From the NCBI GenBank assembly GCA_010405405.1, contig MU004236.1:260576-324575 (forward strand): a stretch of 64,000 nt of DNA, read 5' to 3'. The notes below the pieces were generated by a model that saw nothing but the letters and a program-made list of their open reading frames with translations, was not told where the DNA came from and searched no databases. A program made the position numbers and the translations under genes. The stretch is from Microthyrium microscopicum (taxonomy: Eukaryota). Shown one piece after another: positions 1 through 14,232 of the stretch; the stretch's first letter is position 1, and every line of letters starts with the position of its first letter.

Positions 1-510
1 CCTAAAGGTAAGTTATATTCTATTATTTTATTAATTAATATCTAATAAATAATAGACGTCCTAAAAGCCCTATTTTTAGGCCCTAAGAACTAACTATTTA
101 GAAAGCTCTTCGTATACTTATTAAAAAGTATTTAGACTAAAAAGCTACTAAAAAAGAAGCTATAAAAGCTAAAAAAGTAGCTTTTAGAGCTAAATTATAA
201 TAAAAGCACTTAGCTAAAGTAGCAAACGATTAGGCTATTAAAAAAGCTAAAATAGTAGCTAACGCTATTAAGTATATAGCTTATATTATAAGTTACTAAT
301 TATTATTAATTTTAATACTTTAGCTAATTTTTTTTAGGTAGAAAGATAGGCTCTAGTAAAGCTTAAACTAGTAGCTTTTAAAATAGCTCTAGATAGTTAT
401 ATTTCTAAATTAGGAAATACTTCTTATCTTAGCGCTAGTTTTATTACTACCGCTAATACTAAAGATAAAGTAGACTTTAAATAGAAAGATTTAGATATTA
501 TAGATTAGTA
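1..510 (+). pseudogene. RIP-degraded intron-containing gene (3' part; helical/coiled-coil-like product)
   Basis: Intron 8-55 (GTAAGT...CTAAT...TAG, 48 nt) and intron 288-337 (ATAAGT = RIP'd GTAAGT, GCTAAT branch, TAG, 50 nt). The reading frame is kept across both junctions with only TAA/TAG (RIP-type) stops. Confidence 0.6.
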
Positions 511-1014
511 GTTCTTATTTTTAGTTCTTATTTTTACGTCTATACTTATTTAGTTTTTCTTTTATACTAGAAAACTAACGAAAATTAGCCTAGAAAATAT
601 AGTATTTTTTTCTTATTATAACGTATATTTTTTTATATCTTATTCTTTAGTTATAATTATAATAACTATTAAAGTATAATATTATTCTAAGAATTTATAT
701 TATTAAAATTAAATTTAGATAAGAGAAACTAAATACGCTATTTTATATAGCCTAGTGTTTTCTATAGTATACTAAGTTTATTAAATTAAAATTCTAAGTA
801 TTTACTAGTATTAATAAATAATTAAAAATATAGATTTTTATATTAAATATTTATAATAGTTATAACTATTATTTATACTAAATATAACTACTTATATATA
901 GAACTAGCTATACTAAAGTACATTATATCTTTATAACCTCTTTACTACTACTATAAAATAATATATAGTTACTTTTAAGTAATAAACATTATAAAAAGAT
1001 ATATAACTACTATA

Positions 1015-1236
1015 TGTAAGGAGCTATTAGGCACGATTAGGCAAGCAGAATATAGCTAGTATTATAGGATCTACGTATAAAGAGAGGAGATCTAGAGATA
1101 GAGCTACGGATATAAAGATATAGGGTCTAAAGGATCCTTAAACATACTAACCCTAAATAGGATAAAGAGATCTTATCTATAGGATTAGATCTTTAGATCT
1201 AATACTAAAATACTAAACTTATAAAGATTCCTTATA
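1015..1236 (-). repeat. 3' LTR of element A
   Basis: Direct repeat of 23366-23587; starts TGTAAGG on +; PPT adjacent. Confidence 0.95.
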
Positions 1237-1288
1237 TAACTTCCCCCTTCTAAAATAGACCTTTTAGGCTATTCTAATCTATTTTATT

Positions 1289-1330
1289 CTAGGCTAGGCT
1301 AGGCTAGTCTAGTCTAGTCTAATCTAGTCT
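1289..1330. repeat. Pentamer array (CTAGG/CTAGT)n in the 3' UTR of element A
   Basis: ctaggctaggctaggctagtctagtctagtctaatctagtct; equivalent arrays in B (6751-6797) and C (48401-48440). Confidence 0.85.
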
Positions 1331-1589
1331 ATATAAATACTAAACTCCTTTATATATATTACTACTAAGAGATATATAATATATTATCTACTAACCCTAG
1401 CAACTATTAAAATTTATTAATAAAGGTAAGGATGTCTATTTAAGATAGTCTATAGTGTCTAATAGTCTTAATAGTAGCGTTATTAAAATAAACTAAAAAT
1501 AAGAAGTATAAAACTATAAAAATAAAATACTTTTATGCTATATAATCCTAATCTATAAGTAAATTATTAATATTATAATCTTCTTCTTA

Positions 1590-4500
1590 GTTAAGCTTTA
1601 ATAGCTTCTAAGAGAGATATAGACTTAGTTTATTAAGATATAAATAATAAAACTCTAAGATAGTATTAGATACGTTAAGTACGTTTTACTATAGTTACTA
1701 ACTCTTATTATAATAACTATTCTACTTAATCCTATATTTTAAGACCTTACCTTTACTATAGCCTTCCTATTTACTATTAGTAATAGCGTCTATAAGCTAT
1801 TTCTCTTTTTTGCCTTTAATTTTACTAATAATAGCTAGTAAAGAGTTAACTTTCTTAAGAAGCTTAGCCTTATCGTTAATAGGATATAATAACTAAGCAT
1901 AAAATACTAAATATATTTTTATTAACTTAGGTAGGTCTAATTTATAAGTAATACTATTAATTTTATGAAAGACTTTAAATAGTTCTATACTTTTATTATC
2001 TAGCGTTTTTAAAGGACGTATTATATTATAGTTATAAACATTAAGACGAACCTAATCTCCTAAATAAAGATTAAGCGCTAAATGCTAATACTTATTAGTA
2101 TAGAGCTTTTATTATAACTATACCTATACTAATTATTTCTTTAAGAATTAGTATAACTTCTCTCTACTATCCTAGATATAGTCTACTAAGGTAACTTTCT
2201 TATAAGTTATTATAGATTTGTATAAAGCCTTAAGTAGTAGATAATAAGCTAATTTTAATCCTAATTTTAGTAGGAAACTATTTTAGGCCTTAAATAGTAT
2301 AAAGCCTATAGTAGCGCTTATTACTAAGTTAACTATAAACTTAGTAAAGAGTAATAATAAGGCTTAATTATCTTAGTCCTAGTTAATAAATAAGTATAGG
2401 TACTATTTAAGTATAGTAATTAATATTTCTATAATTCTATCTATTTTAGGATACTAAGCTATACTTAGCTTTAGAGTAATACTAATATATTTATAAAGGT
2501 AGCCCTAAAATACTAATATAAACTAGGTCTCTCTATCTAATAAGATAGAATTTAGCTAACTATAAAGCTTCTAGATATAGTTAATAAACGCTATAACTAT
2601 TATTTTAATTAATAGGTTAAGGAGGGTAATAAATCTCTAAGACTATATAAAGCGATTAACTATAACTATAATATAGTAATAAATAATTCCTTAGTATATA
2701 TATTTTAGTAAGGAGATAGTAAAGTTAATAGAAATATCTAACTAAGTATAATCTAGTAGCAAGAAGGATCTTAATAAACTTTACTTTTTTTAACGTATAG
2801 GTTTAGTAAAGATATAGTAATAGCTCTTAATAAAAGTCTTTACTAACTCTAATATATATAGCTATTAATAGTCTTACTATAAATAGTAATATATTATTAT
2901 AACTCCTCTATATCTTATAACCTTATATTAATAAGCCTACTTTATAGCTTTATAGCGTAAGTAGGTAGTAAAAATAAAGAGCTTTTACTAGTAAAGTACT
3001 ATACTATCTAGTATAGCTTTATAATTTATTAACTTAATATACTCTTAGTTAAGGATATTAAAAAGTAGGAAGTAGTCTTTTTATACTTTAGCTATCTAAA
3101 TTATAATTAATAGTTTATTAACCTTGCTTACTTTTATTACTTCTTTTAAGAACTATTCTAGGGCAAAGTCTAGGAATTCTTTATTAACTAGTAAAGAATT
3201 ATCTAAACTAGCTAGAGCCTTATTCTAAAGGCTTTTCGTAATAAGTTCTAAATATAACTCTTCTATTATAGTAGTATCTAACTTATCTACTATAATTATA
3301 GCTACTTATAAAAGGAATAAGGTAATAGAGTTAATAAGAATTATAGTAAGTTTAACTACTTTTTTTATACTAAACTAGTAAAGAAATAAAAGTAGTTAAT
3401 ATTGCTAAGTAATCTATAGATTATTATTACTTTAAGAAAGATCTTAAGAATATCTTATAAGAGCGTTAGCTTTACTATTAGCTATTCTTAGATGATATTT
3501 AATAAGAAAGTAGAACTATAATAGGAATTTAGCTTATTATATTTAATAGTAAGTAAGCTTCTTTATTTTTATAAATATCTAAAGGTTTTAATAATCTAAG
3601 AAGACCTTAATAACGTCTTCTATACTAAAGAGTTTAGGTTCCTATTCTTTAAAAGCTTAGATAATAGCTAATAGTTCTTTATTATAAATATTATAATTAT
3701 ATTTTATAAGTATTATCTTTTTAGATAGGAACGTAATAAGTTTAAGATTTTTATTAGCGTCCTTTTATAATAACACTACTATATATACCTAATCTAAGGC
3801 ATCTATTTCTATCTAAGTTTCCTTATTATAATTAAAGTAAATAAGAATAGAGGTAGAAGTAAAAGCTTCTTTAAGAGCTTTAAACGCTCTTTTTTTTAGC
3901 CCTTCTAAATCCTATAGAAAGACTATAATAGCGTCTTTTCTTATAAGATTAGTTAATAGCGTTACTATAGCTAAGTAACTAAATATAAAGTAATAATAGA
4001 AATTAGTAAATCTAAGGAACGCCTAAATATTTTTTAAGTACGCTAATTATTCTTATTCTAATATTACTTAAACCTTAGTAGAATCTATTTTAATATCCTT
4101 AGTAGTAATAATTAGACTAAGATATTTAACTTCCTAGACGTAGAATTTAGACTTCTTAATATCTAGAAATAAACCTATACGTTTTAATATATTTAAGATA
4201 AGATAAATATATATATTATATTTCTCTAACGTTTTACTAAAGACTAAGATATTATTAAGATAAATAATAACAAAATTATTAAAGAATTATATTAATACGT
4301 AATTAACGTAAGATTAAAACGTTCCTAGCCTCTCTATAAGACTAAAGAGGAGGACGTTAAATTTAAAGAGGCTATATTAGGTAAGAAAGGCTATTTTATA
4401 CTTATTTCTAGGTTTAATCTAAATTTATTTAAACGCTATAATAACGTTAAATTTTAAGTAGAACTTTATATATATTAAATACGTAAGTATTTTATTAATA

Positions 4501-5500
4501 AGAAAAGAAATATTACTATTCTTAATAGTAATTTTATTAAGTTTATAATAATTAATATAAACTCTAATATTTTTATCTAGCTTACTAACGTAAAGTATTA
4601 ATATAGTATATTAAGACTTAGAAGGCCTTATAAACCTACGTGCTAATAATTACTCTATATACTACTTTACTACTAATACCTACTTTAGAGATATTAAGAT
4701 AGAATAACGTTTTAGTATTTTTACGTCTAGAATAAAGTTAATAGCATAATTAAATTTGCCTTAATATAGTGTAAGAGTATTAGCTTATTTTAGGTTAAAA
4801 ACCTTAAAGTATTATTAGAACTTCTCTAGAATAAGCTTTAGTATTTTCTCTTATAATATATATAGGCTATTCTACTTATTTTGCTATTTAATATAATTCT
4901 CTTTAGAGATAGCGTAAGTAGAGAAATTTATTGCTTCTTTATTATTATTATCCTTATCTATTATTCTATTATCTTTTATTTTTTTAAAATCTTTTAGCTA
5001 AAAGGCGTTAATAATAGCGTCTTTATGCTTTAAAAGCTTCTTAAATACTATAGTAAATATAAACGTAATATCTATATCGTTAAGAAGAGGAAGGTTAATT
5101 ATACGTCCTTTTAGATCTATAAATATTAAGTAACGTAATATAATATAATTAGTAATATATTATATACTACTAAAGGTTAAGATTCTTAATCCCTTATAAA
5201 GATTAACTTTATATTAATCTATTTAAAGCGTTTCTAATATTAAGTCGTATAAGGTAACTTTTATAACGAAATAACTAAGCTATTTAACGTAGTAGCTAAT
5301 ATAGATATTAATAAAGGTAGCCTTATTAACTATAGAAATAGACTTACTATTAGTAAGCTTAATAATTTAAGGTTAAGTAAGGTTAAATATTAGTATACTA
5401 TATTATCTTAGGTAGTAAGGATTAATAATACCTATAGCGCTACTACTTATATTAATTAGGATACCTATATTAGAATATATTTTACTATATAGGACGTAAA
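1590..5500 (-). pseudogene. pol: pol relic of element A (protease-RT-RNase H-integrase-chromodomain)
   Basis: De-RIP'd RT YLDD motif; colinear with pol of elements B and C; ends approximate. Confidence 0.85.
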
Positions 5501-6464
5501 CTTGCTTTACTATAGTTTACTAGGAAGCATTATCGTACTAAAAGATTAATTTCTTAGAATTATTCTATAAAACTATTATTATTAGGTTCATCTCATTAAG
5601 ACTATTACAATAGTATAACTTTTAACTAGACGTAAGTAATAGCTAGCGCTATAGAGATAGATAAAGATTCATAGTAGATAGCTATTATTACTATAGAGGC
5701 CACCTATATCGAAAATAAGGTAATATAGAAATAAAAAGACAACCTAAAACTACTACTTATAGGAGCATAGAGAGGAATTAAAGTACTATTAGAAGGACTT
5801 ATATTTAAAGAAGGAGATTTAATACGACTATTTCTTAACTAGCTAATAGCTAATTTTATATAATACTATACGTCCTTTATTATAATATAAGACTACGTTA
5901 AATAACTAGTATTCTACTTAGCTCTAACTATAAATAGGGCCCCTTTGTTAACGCGCTTTAAGACGCGTCTTAACTAAAAACTTAATATAATTATAAAGTA
6001 GATTACTAAGATTAAAATAACTCTTAACTCCTAAGCAAAGGTTATAAAAGGACCTAACCTACTAATCTCTAACCAAAGGGCCCTCTTTATAAGCTTAATA
6101 GTCTAAATTAATATTATAAAAGTAGTTAAAAATATATTAGAAGAAGATAAATAGGATAGAGTAAAGCTATTTAAAAAGATTAAGAAAACTATCCTATAGG
6201 TAATAGCTATTAGGCTACTACTTAGTAAGAACGTTAATATTATAGTTAATATATAATTAGATAAGGACTATATCTAAAATAGGCTACGCTAGATAGGCTT
6301 AAATAAAGTCTAGGTCCTATAATAAGACTATTTAATAAAGATCCTAGGGGCTCTACTTAAACTAGATATAGCTTATAATAAGAATATAGATAATAGTAAA
6401 CTAATTAAAGAACTAGTTAATAGAAATAAGATAAAGTTTAAACGCCTAAAGATAAGAGTAGTCT

Positions 6465-6692
6465 TGTGAGGATCCAACGGGCACGTAATTAAGCAAAGGG
6501 TAGATAATATTTAACGATTTAGCGTATAAAGGGAGAGAGAGAGGTAGAGTAGAATCTACGCTAAGGGAAGAAGAGAGTAATGCTTAGTAAATCCTTAGAG
6601 ATGCTAGCCCTAATTAGGACTAGCGCTGTTAAATCTTTGTAAAGATCTAGCTTAATACTAAAGCTATTATGCTTTAGCGAGGAATCCTTATA
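6465..6692 (-). repeat. 3' LTR of element B
   Basis: Direct repeat of 14005-14232; TGTGAGG start on +. Confidence 0.95.
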
Positions 6693-9600
6693 TTACTCTC
6701 TCCTTTAAAACTAGCGCTCTAAGCTACGTTCTAACCTATGCTATCTTATTCTAGGCTAGGCTAGGCTAGTCTAGTCTAGTCTAGTCTAATCTAATCTACT
6801 TTATATCTAATAAAGTGCTATCTATGCTCTTTCGCTATTTTACTATCTTCTAGCCTATTAAGGCAACTATCTAGGCATTAACGAACCTAGATATCCTTAG
6901 AATACTCTAGTTTATGGCGCTAATGAGGCGCTAATAGTAGCGTACTATAAATAAATAAATACTTTTATTCCTTTAACTAGTCGTCTAATAAACTATTACT
7001 ATTATAGTTAGTAGAGTTAGATATGTTAGGTCTAATAATGGGTGGTGATTACTTAGGGTTAGGGCTAGGCTTCGTGGGATTACGTTTATAGAAGTTATAG
7101 ATTAAGTCTGCTACGTTCTTAAGGTCTTTCTATAGCTGCTATAAAGGCGTATTATAACTTGTCTATTTTATAAGGTATTCTAACTTCTTATAAGTACTCT
7201 TTTTATAGTAGCTATTAAGGATCTTATTAACTTACTATTCTTTTTCTTCTAGTGCTTTACTTACTACTACTAGTAGAGGGTTATGCTAACGTAGAAGCTC
7301 TATATCGTCTATAATAGTATATAGTAACTAAACGTGAAATATAAAGTGTATCTTTATATACTTTAGTAGGTTAAGTTTAAATATAATAGCGTTAAGCTTC
7401 TTTAGGATGCGGAAAGGCCCTACGCTTTTACTATTAAGGGTTTTAGACGCGTATATTATATAGTAGTTTTAAATATCTAGACGTACCTAGTTTTTAAGTT
7501 AAAGATCTAGTACTATACGTTAGTGCTTATTAGCTTATTTAGCTTATTATGCTTATGCCTACGTTAGCTATTCTATAAGATAATTATATATATCTTTATA
7601 GCTTTCCTATATCTTGTTAGTATCTTTCTATTCTTATTAAGCTAAAGAGGAGGAGTATTAGTATAGTGCTAGTGCTTAGTAAGCTAATTTAAGTCTAGAT
7701 TTAGGGAGGAAGCTATATTAGATCTTAAAGGGAGTAAAGCTTATTATTATACTAATAGTAAAGTTAATAGTAAATTCTATGAATAGTAGTAACTAGACCT
7801 AATTATTTTAATTTTAGTTAATAAAAGCGTGAAGATATTGCTTAAGTACTAATATTAAGATCTCTATAATCCTATTAGTTTATAGGTGTTATATAGTGCT
7901 TAGCTATAGTACTGTGCCTACTTAATTATATAATCGTTTTTAAAACGCTAAAGTAAACTGTGACCCTCTATCTAATAGGATTGTTTTTAGCTACCTAGTT
8001 AATTTCTAGACTTAATCTATAAATATAAGAACTATTATTTCTACGAAGAGGTTAGATAGAAGGATAAAGCGTTATTAGTAGGTATATTAGTTTATAATAA
8101 CTATAACGTAATAAAAAGTAATACCTAAATAGGTATACTAAGGTAAAGAGATAATAAAGTTAATTAAGATATCTAATTATGCTCATTCTAGTAAAGGGAA
8201 GGCCTAAAGAAGTTCTTGCTTTTTCTAGCGAATTAGTTTAGTAAAGATATATTTATATTCTAAAACGTACTTCTTTATATCCTATAATATATGTAGCTAC
8301 TAGTAATCTTGCTAGAGCTAGTAATAAGTAGTTACTAAGCTTCTATAACCTATAACTTTATAGCGATAGGTATATATTATAGTGTGATAACGAAGTCTAC
8401 CTTTAAGTATTAAAATATATTGGTAATAAAGGACTAGATCCTTCGCTAAGATTATATAGTTACTAAGCTTAATATCCTAACGTTCTAAGATACTAAAAGA
8501 AAGATATAATAATCCTTCTTACTTAGCATAGTGAATAGTATTTAGTAATGTATTATCTTTACCTACTTTTATTATCTCTATTAGAAACTAATTAACGTTA
8601 AAATCTAGGGATTTATTAAGCTCTAAGAAGTTGCCCTTAGGCGTATTCTTAGGCTAGTCCTTATTACTAAGGTCTACTGTTATAGGGTCTTCTAATAACT
8701 CTTCTACTTTAGTAGGGAAATTTAACTTATTTATAATAATGGTAGTAATCTATATAAGAGATAACGTAATAAGTTTAACTAGTAGGCGTGCTATCTTAAT
8801 TATATACGTAGTATTAAACTAGTAAAGAAAAAGTAGAGAATATACTTAGTGCTAAATACGTAGGTTATTATTGCTTTAAAGAAGATCTTAAGAGCGCTAA
8901 GTTAGTACGTCTACTTTTCTATTAGCTAGTCTAAGACGATATACGATCTTAAAGTAGAACTATAATAGAAATTCCGCCTAGCGTACTTAATGGCGTAATA
9001 GCTTTTTAGTAGTTATAAACGTCTATAGATTTTAATAATTAAAGAATACTTTAATAAGATTATCTATAGAGAATAGCTCTAGTTCCTATTCCTTAAAAGC
9101 GTGTATAATTATAAGAAGCTCTTTATTATAAATATTATAGTTATACTTAGCTAGAAATATCTTCTTAGATAGGAACGCTATAAGATATAGATCTTTATTA
9201 TTATCCTTTTAAGACAATACTCCTATATATACCTAGTCTAATGTATTAGTTTTAAGCTAGGTCTCCTTAGTATAGTTAAAGTGTTTTAAAATAGGTGCTA
9301 TTATAAACGTCTTCTTTAGTTTATTAAATGCCTAGTCCTTAAGACTTCTAACATCCTATAGGAAGATAGTTATAACGTCCTTCTTTATTAAAGCTATAAG
9401 AGGTATAGCAATTTCTAAGTATCCTTATATAAAATAATAATAAAAGTTAGTAAAACTAAGGAAAGCTTAGACGTCTTTTATATATAATAGTTATTTCTAT
9501 TCTAATACTAATTCTATCTTTGCTAGGTCTATCTTAATACCTTCTATAGTAATAATTAGCCTTAGATATTTTACTTCTATAGTAGTAAACTCTGATTTAC

Positions 9601-12600
9601 GAATATTAAGATATAAACTAGCTTTCTCTAGCTTATTAAGTACTAAGTATATATGAGTTATGTATTCTTTATATATCTTGCTAAAAATAAGAATATTGTC
9701 TATATAGACTATAATAAAGTTGTTAAGATACTTTATTAGGACGTAGTTAATGTATGCTTAAAAGGTACTAAGAGCGCTTATTAATCTAAAAGGTATAATA
9801 ATAAACTTATAGAGACTATATCGTATAGAGAAGGCTATTTTATACTTATCCTTAGGTTTAATTCGTATTTACTTGTAGGTTATAATAACGTTGAATTTGC
9901 TATAGTACTATGTATAATATAGCTTTACTAAAGTATTAGGAAGTAGCGGTAGTATGTTCTTATTCTTATAAGAGATTTCGTTAAGACCTTAATAATTAAT
10001 ATAGACTTAAATACCTCCTTTAAGTTTATGTGTATATAATATAGGTACTATAAAGTGTAATTTTAAAGGGCGTATAAAGCTTTTTCTTAGTAAACCTTCT
10101 AGATACTATTTAATAATGATATTCTGTTTTGGGTTTATACTAGTACTACGTTATTTAGGCATAGTAGCGTCTAATATAAGATTAATAGAATAATTAAAAC
10201 CTAGGTAGTAGGGTAGTAATTTGTCTACTTTTTATAAGTTAAAGACTTTAAGATAGTAGTAAAACTCTTCTAAGATTATCTTATAAAGTTCTTCGTAAGT
10301 AAGATAAGGTTGTTTATACTTCTCTTGCTATTTCTTAAAGTTATGCTCTAAGATAGTAAATAAGTTAATTACTACGTTATTTATAAAGAAGATTAGGTCT
10401 AATATTCCTAAGAGATTAAATGGTTCTAGTTCCTTTATTAAAGAGCTCTTTAGTAAAGGGCTATCTAGTGGTTTCTTTTCTTTAGGCTTAGTAAAGTCCT
10501 TAAGATAGAGAACTTCTACTTTCTATCCTTTTTACTTTACTAATATTACTATAATATATATAAATATAACTACTACTTCTTTATCTTTAGGAAGTTTTGT
10601 AACGAAATTATATTAACTATAAGTATTAACTTTAATAAGGCGCCGTATTAAAATATAGTTATAAAGGTAATGATAAGAGTTAAACGTAATAGTCTTCTCT
10701 CTCTCTCTTAAGTATACCTTATAAAGTTAGATCTAAGGGTTACTAAGAATAAGATTATAAGTAGCTACTTCTATAATAAAATAATACATTTGTTTAATAT
10801 AACTCTTAATATATATAGTAACTAGTACGGCTTTATTAATTTTAATAATAGTCTTCTTATTTATAAGCTCTACTAAACGTAGTTAATTAAGCTATATTTT
10901 TAGTATATTATACTATTTAATAAAGTAGGTATAGATAATTCTAAGTGTGCTATTACTAGTATTAATTAGTACGTTATATTTCTTAAAGGCGTTAGCCTCT
11001 AGAATTAATATACTCCTAACTATTATTTATTATAGCCCTATGAAAGGCATATAGTTGACGTTATTTAGTAGTAGCTATCCTAGATTAATTGTTGCTATGG
11101 ATAGTTAAATAATATAATATACTTTTAGTAGTAGATTTAGGTTGGCTTACTAAGCTTCTAGCTCTTAAATCCTATCTTAAATCTAGCCTAACTTACGCTT
11201 CTTTTACTAATTATATGCTTCTTATAGGTTTAGCTCCTCCTTGCGTTAATAAGGTAGAGCGTTTAGTTTAAATGCTTGCGTAAGTACGCGCTAAGCATCT
11301 CTACTTATAAAGCATTTATAATAATAGTAAGCATTACTAAGACTTTTAGTTAGATTTTATTATCTATTAAGTAAGTCTTCTATCTATAGGGAGCATCCTT
11401 TTATCCTAAGGTATAGCCTTTCTTACTATATTTAGGGTACCTATTTTATACTTATAAGGCTAGGAAGATATTATTAAGGTAGCGTAGACATTTGCTATTA
11501 TTCTAACTATTATTATTATAGGCGCCTCTATTCTAATTCCCTAAATTATTAGTTAAGTTATTATTATTAGCGCTACCACTATTAGAGTTATTAGTATTAG
11601 AATTATTATTATTATTTTACTTTAAGAAGTTTAGGTCTTACTCTACGTTGTATAGATATATATAGAGCTCTAAGTAGGTTTTAATGTTGCGTTCTATTAA
11701 AAGGCGAATAAATTATCTTAAGAGAAGTAAGCGTAGTTTAGTAACTTTATTATGATCCTCTAAGTCTATGTCTTTAGTCTTTTCTAAAAAGTGGCCTAAG
11801 AATTCTATTAGGTCTTCTATAGTTTTTATCTTAGCGTCTACTAAATAGAGCTATTACTTCGTAACATTATATCTATTTATTACTTTATTATAAGCATCTA
11901 GGTCCTTCTATATATTATTAATAGTAAGGTAAGGGCTTATAGAGTTATAGCCTAAGCAACGTAATATTAAAGACTATGCTAGATTATTTAGGTTATTATG
12001 AATGAACTAAATCTTCTTCTTATTAGTTAGGTAAAACTAAGTATCTTCTTTTAGAACGTCTAATACCTAATCCTTCTATTAATAGTATTTGCTCTTATCT
12101 TTGCCGTTATACTATTTAATTATATAATAAGGTTAACTAATATATAGAGTAGTATTATTTAAGGGGTTAGACCCTACTTCTAAGAAAGGTAATGCAAAAC
12201 GCGTTTATATTAGGTTAGGTTAAGTAACTATGGGTTAATATAGTATATTACTAAGTAATTTAGCGTCTTCTTTGTCTTCTAGGTATATGAAAGCTAGTAT
12301 ATTATAAAGTTTTATAAAGGTTAGAAGATTTTATATCTACTACTCTATGGTATAAAGATATTAAGTAAGGGATTTATTTTTGGTATTAAGGTTCGTAATA
12401 GTAGTATTCTGAAGTTATATCTACTCGCAATATTTTTAGAGTTATTTTATATAATATGCTAACTTTGCTTTTATAAAAGTAGCGTGGTTTTCTACTACCT
12501 AAATGTTATACTATAGTTAATAATAATTAGAGGTAAGTTTGTAGTAATTAATTATGCTAATCTAAAGTTTTTTAACTTCTAAGAAGAGCTTATCTACTTC

Positions 12601-14004
12601 TGTCTTGTAGTTAGCTATAGAGCCTTTTAAGTTATTAACTTTGTTTATAAGATCCTAGATTTCTTTTAAGGATTTAGCTATTTAGATATTACTCTTTTAT
12701 AGTTTATCGTGATAAAATTAGTAGCGTACTACTATAGCTTAGTTTATGGCTAAGGTAGTATAAAGTTAATTAAATAAGAGCTAAGGATCTTTCTATATAA
12801 CTTCTTACTTTAGCTCTTAAGCGTTGTAAATTAGATAGTAATCTTTAAATACTCTAATAGTAGGATTAGGTTCTTTCTAATAGAATAGTAGTGATGGGTT
12901 TAAGAAACCTTCTAGTATAGCTACTTTTAAATCTTTATATGCTTATATTTAGAGAGGGCTTTAGAAGACTTAAAAGGATATAATATATAAAGCATTATTA
13001 ACTACTAGGTAGTTGTTCTAGAAAGCTAGAGGGACCTCCTTATGGCTATTATTCTTAAGCTATATGTCTTATAACTAGACTAATATAGTAGGATAGATTC
13101 TTTTAAATATTTTTCCTTCCTTTACGCCTTGCACATCCTTACGGAAAGCTAAAGGTGTTACTAGAGCGACTAGCACTAAGGGCGTAGTAAACGCTATAGT
13201 TTTAATTAGTTATAGGAGTTTACTATTAGGCGCGCGCTAAGCAAGTAGCAGGATTAGCTTTTAGTTTACTTAACTATAAGTAGATAGATTAGAGAGTAAG
13301 AGGTTATTATCTTTATTAGAATTAATATAAGATAGCTAGCGCTTACTCTTTTCTTATTAAGAGGTCTAAATAATAGCTTACGTAGAGTCCTACGTATTTA
13401 TTACTACTTTCTTTATAAATAAGCCTTTAGGATCTTAATCTTAATAGTAGCTAATAACTAACGTATAGTGGCTCTAAGAAGGGCTTAGAACTGTTTTGTT
13501 TTAGCATTAAGGAGATATGAACTATAATTAAGAGCAAGTAGTTATATTAAGGCCTAGAGGCGCTAAGAAAGGAAACTCTTTAAGAGGGTCTATGGTTTTA
13601 TTAATAGGTAGTTACGTAAGGGTAATAACGAATAATAATAATTAGATAATTTCTTAATTACTAGGGATAGATAAATTAATAGATTAAGGGTAATTAGAAT
13701 ATAGGTTAGTAGTATAGAAAAGCGAAAGAGTGAAGGTTCTACATAGCTAAGTAAAGAGGTTCTAAGAGCTTAGACTACTGTAAGATCTAGGTATTTATGT
13801 TAAATACCTTATAAAGATAATTAATTAGTATTTTAGAAGGTAGTAAAGATATGCTACCTAACTATATTAAGGAGTCTATAAGTAAGAACGCGCATAAGCT
13901 ATCTCTTAAGTATAGGTCCTAAAATTTAGGAGCGCTAATCCCTAAGGATAAATATGCAAATAATTTTAAAATTAATTTTTTAGTTTAATAAGTATACTAG
14001 ATTA

Positions 14005-14232
14005 TATAAGGATCTAATAGGTATGTAATTAAGTAAAGGGTAGATAATATTTAATGATCTAGCGTATGAAGGGAGAGAGAGAGGTAGAGTAGAATCTATA
14101 CTAAGAGAAGAAGAGGGTGATGCTTGGTAAATCCTTAGAGATACTAGCCCTAATTGGGACTAGCGCCGCCAGATCTTTGTAAAGATCTAGCTTAATACTA
14201 AAGCTATTATGCTTTAGCGAGGAATTCTTATA
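14005..14232 (-). repeat. 5' LTR of element B
   Basis: Direct repeat of 6465-6692; differences are mostly transitions. Confidence 0.95.

Larger units (their letters stand above)
6465..14232 (-). mobile_element. Ty3/Gypsy chromovirus-type LTR retrotransposon B (full length, 7768 bp, RIP'd)
   Basis: 228-bp LTRs at 6465-6692 and 14005-14232 with TSD AGTCT (6460-6464, 14233-14237). PPT next to the left LTR. RT VYIDDIL (de-RIP'd) at ~9691-9709. Chromodomain-like end at ~7060-7250. Confidence 0.96.

Noticed and set aside
1289..1330. CRISPR-like array
   Set aside because: Simple pentamer microsatellite without spacers, in a eukaryotic retrotransposon.
7053..7064. TTAGGGTTAGGG, and CTAACCCTAA in the A/C LTRs, as telomeric repeats
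   Set aside because: Two units or fewer. The 7053 copy is RIP'd coding sequence at the end of pol. No telomerase RNA template context was found in the GC-normal regions.
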